From a virus: 45,440 nucleotides of DNA. This document shows, piece after piece, positions 8,206-14,540 of this stretch. The notes under the pieces are model-generated. The model saw nothing but the letters and a program-made list of their open reading frames with translations. It was not told where the DNA came from and did no database searches. The stretch lies in the IMG/VR virus record IMGVR_UViG_3300028610_001044, one strand, 5' to 3'. Each line of letters starts with the position of its first letter. Position 1 is the first letter of the stretch. The translations under genes were made by a program, and so were the position numbers.

Positions 8206-8537
8206 ATAAGACCATCTACTTAACCGACGAAGAACATGCTTATGTTGAGAAACAAGGTAAAGGCTATGTCCGTACATTAGTCCAGGCCGACATGGCTCTC
8301 ACTGAACCTGAAAAGGTAAAGAGGGTTAAGAAGAAGATCGGGGCCGTGGCAGATGACCCGTTGGTCGAGGTTACCCCAACGCAAATGATTGTTCAGGTTC
8401 CGCATACACCCAAAGAACCTATTAAGAAGATATACAACACTGGCTCACCTAAACAGACAGATAATACGAACACCTGTAAGAAGTGTGGTCATATCTTGTC
8501 TGTGGGTAAATGTGTTAATCCTGAGTGTAAGAAATGA
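8202..8537 (+). CDS. Putative ribbon-helix-helix DNA-binding protein with C-terminal zinc ribbon
   Basis: N-terminal IYLTDEEHAYVEKQGKGYVRTLV has the Arc/CopG-like pattern. C-terminal CKKCGH...CVNPEC. Confidence 0.6.
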   Translation: MNKTIYLTDEEHAYVEKQGKGYVRTLVQADMALTEPEKVKRVKKKIGAVADDPLVEVTPTQMIVQVPHTPKEPIKKIYNTGSPKQTDNTNTCKKCGHILSVGKCVNPECKK

Positions 8538-8809
8538 AAGAATCTTTAGGAAAACAATACAATCGGGTACAAGCCGCTGCTCTTGGTCTTACAGGGATAG
8601 CCAAACCATCAAAACTCATAACCATCTCCCCTTGTTGCTGGGTATGTGAGTCCTTGTATTTGTGTCCTGGGCATGATGGAGAAGTCTTTGTGGGCCGGAC
8701 TGAGGTTTGGTGTAAGAGCGAAGAGGCGGGTACCAATAAAGAAATAGAAGACCCACTAACTCATAACTGCCCATCATTCAATCTCAAGAAGGAGCTGTGT
8801 AATGATTAG
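8534..8809 (+). CDS. Hypothetical Cys-rich protein
   Basis: 91-aa ORF, ATGA-coupled. Confidence 0.65.
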   Translation: MKESLGKQYNRVQAAALGLTGIAKPSKLITISPCCWVCESLYLCPGHDGEVFVGRTEVWCKSEEAGTNKEIEDPLTHNCPSFNLKKELCND

Positions 8810-8972
8810 TCCTCAAGCTGCGCTTGAGAAGAGCATGGATTCGTTCTATGAATATCTGACCACTAAACGGCCAGAGTTTATGCTTGAGATGGCATTAACC
8901 GGGCGTGTTGTGTTCAGCCCACAAGAGTTACTGGACGACTACTTAGCTGACGGAGAGGGTGGCGACTTATGA
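8802..8972 (+). CDS. Hypothetical 56-aa protein
   Basis: AAGGAG lies 7 nt upstream. Manual translation is open to TGA 8970-72. Confidence 0.5.
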   Translation: MISPQAALEKSMDSFYEYLTTKRPEFMLEMALTGRVVFSPQELLDDYLADGEGGDL

Positions 8973-8981
8973 GAGATATAG

Positions 8982-9152
8982 ATGGATGACAACACAACCA
9001 TAACCTCAACCGATCTACTGGAACAAGAACAGACTTGTAGGGATTGTGATTGGGAAGATGACTTTTGGTGCGAGGCTTTGCCTGCCCCGGTGTTTATAGG
9101 CAAAAGAACAACCACCTGTAGCCTATTCAGATTGCCGGTTCCCCGTGGCTGA
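8982..9152 (+). CDS. Hypothetical 56-aa Cys-containing protein
   Basis: Manual translation (CRDC...C...C). It overlaps the next start (GTG 9145) by 8 nt. Confidence 0.45.
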   Translation: MDDNTTITSTDLLEQEQTCRDCDWEDDFWCEALPAPVFIGKRTTTCSLFRLPVPRG

Positions 9153-9327
9153 ACTACTTAAACCACCATTCAACGACAAGAAGACCATAGACCCACAAGA
9201 ACTACTAGAGGCTATGGTGGACACCATCACTAACCTAGAGGGGGCGGTGATAGGCTTAGAACTTCAAGTACAAGGTATTCTCAAAGAGATAGAAACAATA
9301 AAGAAAGGCACAAAGACATATAAATAA
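9145..9327 (+). CDS. Hypothetical protein
   Basis: 60-aa ORF with a GTG start. Confidence 0.6.
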   Translation: MAELLKPPFNDKKTIDPQELLEAMVDTITNLEGAVIGLELQVQGILKEIETIKKGTKTYK

Positions 9328-9345
9328 CTATTACAGGAGGTAGTT

Positions 9346-9531
9346 ATGGAAACGGCAGAAATAATCACCAAAGAGGGGTTTTTTGAACGCTTTGCTGATG
9401 GGGTGGTTCATATATCTGTGCATAGCCCCGGCAAAGACGATTATCGTTTCTTTCTTGATTTAACCGCAGACGAATGGAACGAAGTCATTTTTGGTCTAGA
9501 TACTTTGATCGAGGTTGCTCCACATGAATAG
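9346..9531 (+). CDS. Hypothetical protein
   Basis: AGGAGGTAGTT precedes the ATG. Confidence 0.65.
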   Translation: METAEIITKEGFFERFADGVVHISVHSPGKDDYRFFLDLTADEWNEVIFGLDTLIEVAPHE

Positions 9532-9745
9532 GCGTACATTCCTTAAATGGTTAGGAGCCACTGGTGTTGTAGCCGCTACTACTGACCCTTTAGAGCTGTT
9601 GGCTGGTAGTCCTGAAACAGAAGACGTTTCAGAAGAACCCGCCTACTATGAACGCTTTGCGGGTATGCCTGTCACGGGCGATACGGGGGTGATGGGGATG
9701 ATAACTGTTCCCTACACTGTTGGCCGTAGCGAGTACAAAGCATGA
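9524..9745 (+). CDS. 73-aa protein with consensus twin-arginine (Tat) signal peptide
   Basis: MNRRTFLKWLGATGVVAATT matches S/T-R-R-x-F-L-K followed by an h-region. ATG 9524 lies 9 nt after GAGG and is coupled to both neighbours. Confidence 0.65.
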   Translation: MNRRTFLKWLGATGVVAATTDPLELLAGSPETEDVSEEPAYYERFAGMPVTGDTGVMGMITVPYTVGRSEYKA

Positions 9746-10209
9746 AGTTAGACGTAGGCTGTGGATTCAATAAAGAAGATGGATATATAGGAATAGATAT
9801 ACAAGACCGTGATGGTGTTGATATTGTCCATGATTTGGAGGTGTTCCCGTGGCCGATCAAGGATGAAGAGTGCGAACAAGTACACTGTAGTCATATAGCC
9901 GAACACATTAAACCGTGGCTACAGATGGATTTCTTTAATGAGATATGGCGCATCATGAAGCCAGGCGGGGTAATGCAACTCAACGTCCCTTACGCCGGTT
10001 GTCATGGCGATATACAAGACCCAACCCACTGTACGTCATGGAACGAACTAACCTGGTATTACTACGACCCAGAGTTTCCGTGGTATGAGATGTATCAACC
10101 TAAACCTTGGAAGTGTACGGAACAGACCACACTAAGAGCTATGGTGGCAGGACGACCAACAGGGGCCATACAAGCCCTTAATCATGTTATGACGAAGATA
10201 GCCCCATGA
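9742..10209 (+). CDS. Class I SAM-dependent methyltransferase
   Basis: Motif I LDVGCGFNKEDGYIGIDI and post-I DIVHDL, followed by ...MKPGGVM. ATGA coupling. Confidence 0.8.
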   Translation: MKLDVGCGFNKEDGYIGIDIQDRDGVDIVHDLEVFPWPIKDEECEQVHCSHIAEHIKPWLQMDFFNEIWRIMKPGGVMQLNVPYAGCHGDIQDPTHCTSWNELTWYYYDPEFPWYEMYQPKPWKCTEQTTLRAMVAGRPTGAIQALNHVMTKIAP

Positions 10210-10532
10210 AGTACGGCCTGAACGACATCTTTTCAATAAAAAAGTATAGCCTTGGTAAATACATAGTCGATGAACCAAAACGTACCAGTATCGTTTCATT
10301 TTGGTCTTCTGAGTTGATTGAAGATGATGGCAAAGAAGTACCGCCAATCAACCAAATATATTATCGAATAACAACACCCGAAGACGACCCGATACCCTCC
10401 AGGGAGTTGCTGGACAAACATATGGAGGAAATGTTGTCAGGCCCAGTTGAAATGCCAGAGGGTGTTCGTAAATTCTCGAACGCAAAGGATTTATTTAGAG
10501 GGGCTACAGATATAACAGAGCGCGATGTATGA
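10206..10532 (+). CDS. Hypothetical protein
   Basis: 108-aa ORF, ATGA-coupled on both sides. Confidence 0.7.
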   Translation: MKYGLNDIFSIKKYSLGKYIVDEPKRTSIVSFWSSELIEDDGKEVPPINQIYYRITTPEDDPIPSRELLDKHMEEMLSGPVEMPEGVRKFSNAKDLFRGATDITERDV

Positions 10533-11470
10533 GAATACTATTCTACGCCGATTGGCCTCTGAGTTGGCCGTATCTGACACCGATGTTTAATTATATGAAA
10601 GCACTAAACGAGAAATACGACCGACATTGGGAATTAGGGCGTTGGGATTCAACCAATATGGGGAGTAGTGGGGATTTAGATTATGACTACGTATTTGTAA
10701 CCGATGAAGAATCGAACTGTCCCGCCAAAGGCACATACGTCAACCTAACCCACGGTCTAGCCTCAAAAGGTCAATCATGGTCAACGAGCCGTAAAGATAC
10801 ATACCTGAACTACCCAGGCTTTATTGTATGTCCATCTGAATACTATAAGGACTTATTGACGAACATGGGGGTTAGTGAAGACAAACTGATTGTAGCGGGG
10901 TTGACCAAGTTCGATGGAATCAAGAAGATACCGCCACTAAGAGAGAAGCCAAGAGTATTATTTGCACCCACCTGGAACCCGGAACTCTCTGCTATATCGG
11001 TATTGAAAGATTCAATCTATGAGATAGAGGGTGTTAAGGTACACCTCCATGAACGGAGCCGGTCACACTCAGACGCACCACAATTATATCCAAGGTATTC
11101 GTCTGGCGATGTGACCCAAGCCATTTTAGATAGTGACATAGTAATTGCTGATTTCGGTTCTACTGTACTAGAGGCCATGGCTTTAGGTAAATATGTGATA
11201 CAGGTGGCAAACCCTGAACATGAAGAGTGGTACTTAAAGAAAAAGAGCATTCCGTCATTTGATTTGCCGAAACTACCCGAGTTTTTCTACACATACAAAT
11301 ACGCACGAAGAGCAGTAGAAATAGATGGGGTCAAGCACTCCATACAAGATTACATGAGGTATGACAAGGGATATGCAAGCTGCCCAGACTGGCTGGATAC
11401 CATAGTAGAAAACATCGGCAACGCCAGTGAGGTGATATATGAATCACTCTTTGGTGGAAAAGCTGATTAA
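10529..11470 (+). CDS. TagB/TagF-like (CDP-glycerol glycerophosphotransferase family) GT-B transferase
   Basis: VLFAPTWNPE resembles the (L)YAPT(W/F)R motif, followed by a VHLHE..SH block. C-terminal IADFGSTVLEAMALGKYVI resembles the GT-B donor-binding end. Confidence 0.6.
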   Translation: MRILFYADWPLSWPYLTPMFNYMKALNEKYDRHWELGRWDSTNMGSSGDLDYDYVFVTDEESNCPAKGTYVNLTHGLASKGQSWSTSRKDTYLNYPGFIVCPSEYYKDLLTNMGVSEDKLIVAGLTKFDGIKKIPPLREKPRVLFAPTWNPELSAISVLKDSIYEIEGVKVHLHERSRSHSDAPQLYPRYSSGDVTQAILDSDIVIADFGSTVLEAMALGKYVIQVANPEHEEWYLKKKSIPSFDLPKLPEFFYTYKYARRAVEIDGVKHSIQDYMRYDKGYASCPDWLDTIVENIGNASEVIYESLFGGKAD

Positions 11471-11987
11471 AGATTGTGTCATCAAACAAACCCGCTGGGA
11501 TAATGCCGTACCGCTGCCGCAGAAGGTAGAAGCTAAGAGATACGGATACGAACAAATATCAGAATATGTCACTAGAGGTCGGATATTAGACTTAGGTGGA
11601 GAGGAGTTCTACCACGATCTTTACAAAGACTACGACCTGGTAACGATTAACTTACCCCACGACATGCACCAGGGGATAGTACAAGACGGTATGGGGTTTG
11701 ACGCAGTATTAGCCATGCACGTACTGGAACACTCACCCTTTCCGCTTTATGTGTTGGCGCTCATCAACGATGCACTAAACAGCTATGGTTATCTCTATGT
11801 AGCGCTCCCAACCCACACAACAGATGCCTTTTGTGAGATAGAAGAACACTTTACGATTATGCCGACAAAGATGTGGGAGAGACTGTTTAAAGAGGCAGGG
11901 TTTACGATAATCAGCCACGACATAGGAAAGTTTGGGAATACTCCCGATTGGGTAGAGGAGCGTTTCTTGTGTCGAAAGTCTACATAG
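11439..11987 (+). CDS. SAM-dependent methyltransferase (Methyltransf_11-like)
   Basis: ILDLGGEE (motif I) ... FDAVLAMHVLEHSPFP ... GYLYVALP. GAGGTGATAT precedes the ATG. Confidence 0.65.
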   Translation: MNHSLVEKLIKDCVIKQTRWDNAVPLPQKVEAKRYGYEQISEYVTRGRILDLGGEEFYHDLYKDYDLVTINLPHDMHQGIVQDGMGFDAVLAMHVLEHSPFPLYVLALINDALNSYGYLYVALPTHTTDAFCEIEEHFTIMPTKMWERLFKEAGFTIISHDIGKFGNTPDWVEERFLCRKST

Positions 11988-12385
11988 CTGGGGTGTGGGA
12001 TACGTTTCACATCGGACACCTCAATATCCTCCAAAGAGCGAAAGCCTTGGGGGATTTTCTAGTTGTAGGGGTCTTAACCGATGAGGCTACCGAGAGATAC
12101 AAACCAAGAACGATAATCAGACAGAAAGATCGCCTAGAGATAGTCAAGGCCATCAAGTACGTTGATATGGCGTTCTTCCAGAAAGACACAGACCCAACGA
12201 AGAACGGAGAGCTACAGTACTTCAATCCCGACATTCTGATTCATGCAGACGATTGGGATTATGTCCCTGGACAAGATTGGATGCTAGAAAAACAGAAGAC
12301 CGTCATGCTGTTGCCATACACGCCAAATATATCCAGCACCCTCATAAGAGAGAGGATTATAGATTGCCAGCCAAAGGAGCACTGA
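11969..12385 (+). CDS. Cytidylyltransferase-family protein, glycerol-3-phosphate cytidylyltransferase (TagD)-like
   Basis: KVYIAGVWDTFHIGHLNILQRAKALGDFLVVGVLTDE matches the GxFDxxHxGH plus LVV..xxD pattern. GTG 11969 lies 8 nt after GAGGAG; TTG 11948 was rejected. Confidence 0.8.
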   Translation: MSKVYIAGVWDTFHIGHLNILQRAKALGDFLVVGVLTDEATERYKPRTIIRQKDRLEIVKAIKYVDMAFFQKDTDPTKNGELQYFNPDILIHADDWDYVPGQDWMLEKQKTVMLLPYTPNISSTLIRERIIDCQPKEH

Positions 12386-12828
12386 TTCCCGGAAAAGTAT
12401 GTAAAGGGTGTAACACATACATGCCACGGGATGCGTTTCTTGGCACGAAAAGAAAAAAAGGAGGCTCTCTTTCTCACATGTGTGCGCCCTGCATGGCGGA
12501 ATACAGAAAATCATGGCGGCTAAAGCACCCTGAAAAAGCTGCGGAGGCAAAGAGAAAACACAATCTTAAAAAAAATTATGGGCTGACTATAAGTGAATAT
12601 GATGCTCTCTTTGCCAGGCAAGGTTACAAGTGTGCGATTTGCGACAGAAAACCAGAGACTCGGACAAGACAGGGGAGAAAGCTAAGACTAGCCGTAGATC
12701 ATTGTCATGAGACAGGCCAAATAAGAGGGCTGCTGTGTGCTGACTGTAACCGGGCTATTGGACAGTTGGGAGACTCGGCAGAGAGAATCGAAAAGGCACT
12801 AGCATATTTGTCGAAAACGACTACGTAA
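12364..12828 (+). CDS. Recombination endonuclease VII family protein
   Basis: AVDHCHETGQIRGLLCADCNRAIG is the Endonuclease_7 signature. The start is uncertain: TTG 12364 follows GAGG with an 8-nt spacer, and ATG 12421 is the alternative. The track start at 12253 overlaps the upstream gene by 133 nt. Confidence 0.8.
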   Translation: MPAKGALIPGKVCKGCNTYMPRDAFLGTKRKKGGSLSHMCAPCMAEYRKSWRLKHPEKAAEAKRKHNLKKNYGLTISEYDALFARQGYKCAICDRKPETRTRQGRKLRLAVDHCHETGQIRGLLCADCNRAIGQLGDSAERIEKALAYLSKTTT

Positions 12829-12838
12829 TTAATTTAGT

Positions 12839-12858
12839 TTTCTGTGGCCCGGAGTAGT
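12839..12858. repeat. Left arm of 20-bp imperfect inverted repeat flanking ORF 12874..13260
   Basis: TTTCTGTGGCCCGGAGTAGT compared with the reverse complement of 13264..13283 (TTTCTGTGGCCCGAAGAAGT). There is a 13-nt perfect core and 18/20 identity overall. Confidence 0.85.
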
Positions 12859-12873
12859 GGAAACGGAGTCACG

Positions 12874-13260
12874 ATGACGAAGAAGGATGATTTGATATGG
12901 AGACTAAAAGAGCCTCCGACAGCCGATGAGGTCGCCCGCCTTGTCGGACAAAGTATTATTACGGAGAAGCAGGCGTTTGGCTTACTTTTCCGAGAGGGCA
13001 ACATTAACACCAACGAGTTAAAAGACATTAAGAAAGAAGTCGAACTACTCAGAGCGTTGGTGTTGGAGCTTTCTAACAAAGAGCCCACAACGATATTCCC
13101 GATTGTCGAGCGATACCGAGATAGGTATCCGTGGTATCAGCCTTACCAGGTATGGTGTTCTAGTACGGCATCAACCAATGCAGATATTACACTTACAGGA
13201 ACCAGCTTAGACTCGACTAGCGCAACACTGACAGTCCAAGACACTAATATTGTCGAATAA
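12874..13260 (+). CDS. Hypothetical protein enclosed by the inverted repeat
   Basis: ATG 12874 lies 6 nt after GGAG. 128 aa, with a Ser/Thr-rich C-terminus. Confidence 0.6.
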   Translation: MTKKDDLIWRLKEPPTADEVARLVGQSIITEKQAFGLLFREGNINTNELKDIKKEVELLRALVLELSNKEPTTIFPIVERYRDRYPWYQPYQVWCSSTASTNADITLTGTSLDSTSATLTVQDTNIVE

Positions 13261-13263
13261 CTA

Positions 13264-13283
13264 ACTTCTTCGGGCCACAGAAA
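13264..13283. repeat. Right arm of 20-bp imperfect inverted repeat
   Basis: Reverse complement of the left arm. It begins 4 nt after the stop at 13260. Confidence 0.85.
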
Positions 13284-13314
13284 TTTGTTAAGTCCACAGA
13301 GATCAGGAGGCTTT

Positions 13315-13923
13315 GTGCAGAGCATTAAGGTGTTAACAGACAAACACGCAGGAGAAACAGGATATGTGGTGGGTAAAGGCCCATCACTACTCAAACTAAG
13401 CGCAGACCACTTTGGAGAGGGGCCGATAATAGCGATAAACCAGGCTGTTCAACACGTAGAGGCTCTAGGACTAGAGAACACAGTCTATGCGTTACAGAAG
13501 AACCCTTGTGATGAAGTGATAGCAGGAGAAGACATTTGTGGTGGGTGTGAGAGCGGCCCTCCGGGGTATCCAGAACCAGAAAAAGCAGCGTTGTTGTTGT
13601 CGTACCCAGAGACACACAACTGTTACAGCCATTATCCTGACAGATTTATGTTTATCGACACACATGACTTAGGGTTCAAAGACCGAATGATGCCGTCACT
13701 CCCAAACGCCTGTAGGTTATTAGAGTTGATGGGGATAAAAGATATTAAGATACTTTGTTGTGATGCTATAGACGGAGAGGGGTTATCGGTAGACCACACA
13801 GGAGAGCCGTATTACGCCTCTCACTTCAAGTCTCCGACCCATGCCATAGCCTACTACCGTAGCAGCGCTCAGAGGGCGCAGGAGAGCATGTCCGTACCGT
13901 TTAAGTGGGTGAGTGTATGTTAG
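13315..13923 (+). CDS. Hypothetical protein with GxGPSL motif (DUF115/MptE-like or sialyltransferase-like fold suspected)
   Basis: YVVGKGPSLL...IIAINQA resembles the GNGPSL nucleotide-sugar transferase motif. GTG 13315 follows AGGAGG. The functional call is tentative. Confidence 0.55.
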   Translation: MQSIKVLTDKHAGETGYVVGKGPSLLKLSADHFGEGPIIAINQAVQHVEALGLENTVYALQKNPCDEVIAGEDICGGCESGPPGYPEPEKAALLLSYPETHNCYSHYPDRFMFIDTHDLGFKDRMMPSLPNACRLLELMGIKDIKILCCDAIDGEGLSVDHTGEPYYASHFKSPTHAIAYYRSSAQRAQESMSVPFKWVSVC

Positions 13924-14126
13924 AGATGATTGTTCCATCAATACTTATGTTATTGGCAGTAGGGGTAGGGTTTTACATAGGAAGAATGCCCATAGATGCG
14001 AACATACGTGCGCCTAAGAGAAAACAGAAACCTCAACCGATGACAGTGACGAGCCGACAAGGGGAAAGACAGACCGTAGAAGAACCAGAAGTAAACCCGA
14101 TACTCAGCTACCAGGAGCCAGAATGA
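13917..14126 (+). CDS. Small membrane protein
   Basis: TM segment IVPSILMLLAVGVGFYIG. The ATG overlaps the upstream stop. ATGA coupling to the next gene. Confidence 0.55.
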   Translation: MLEMIVPSILMLLAVGVGFYIGRMPIDANIRAPKRKQKPQPMTVTSRQGERQTVEEPEVNPILSYQEPE

Positions 14127-14539
14127 GAGCATCAAAGGATATGTTCGCCCAGAAGATACACGATAACCACGTTAATCGTGTGGGGCCGGTCTTAACCAGA
14201 GTAAAGAATCTTATTTACAACGGAGTAAGAGTAGAGATTAGAAGCCAACTCAACAAAGAGATGATACGAGAATACAAGGCGGTCGTGTATCTTCAACGTA
14301 ATTCACGAACATTAGAGGCTGTTATAGACCGTGATGAAATGGCAATGATGATTGGCTTAGCCGAGAAGCCTACAGTAAAGAAAGATGTAACAGTTCCCGC
14401 TTATGGGATTACAGCCAAGATAAAGTTACGCAAAGCGCCTCATGACAAATTAATGATAATCATGGAAGACGGCAGAGGAACACTAAGAGCGGTGGTTGAC
14501 CCCAAAGATTTAACAGCGGCACTAAAGGACGAGGGCTAA
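14123..14539 (+). CDS. Hypothetical protein (positional candidate for small terminase subunit)
   Basis: 138-aa ORF immediately upstream of the large terminase. No motif was recognised. Confidence 0.6.
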   Translation: MRASKDMFAQKIHDNHVNRVGPVLTRVKNLIYNGVRVEIRSQLNKEMIREYKAVVYLQRNSRTLEAVIDRDEMAMMIGLAEKPTVKKDVTVPAYGITAKIKLRKAPHDKLMIIMEDGRGTLRAVVDPKDLTAALKDEG

Positions 14540-14540
14540 T

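Noticed and set aside
8389-8649. Alternative-frame same-strand ORFs inside or across real genes (also 14665..14940, 20033..20248, 21648..21902, 28140..28397, 30812..31090, 31660..31842, 35946..36182 and 7611..7796)
   Set aside because: They overlap better-supported genes in another frame, lack SD sequences and give atypical (Arg/Ser/Cys-rich) products.
12253-12420. Long TTG start for the endonuclease VII gene, and similar longest-ORF starts at 23824, 11948, 13285, 12844, 862, 6851, 41677 and 39875
   Set aside because: These starts create 100+ nt same-strand overlaps or lack an SD. Downstream ATG, GTG or TTG codons with proper SD spacing or stop/start coupling were preferred.
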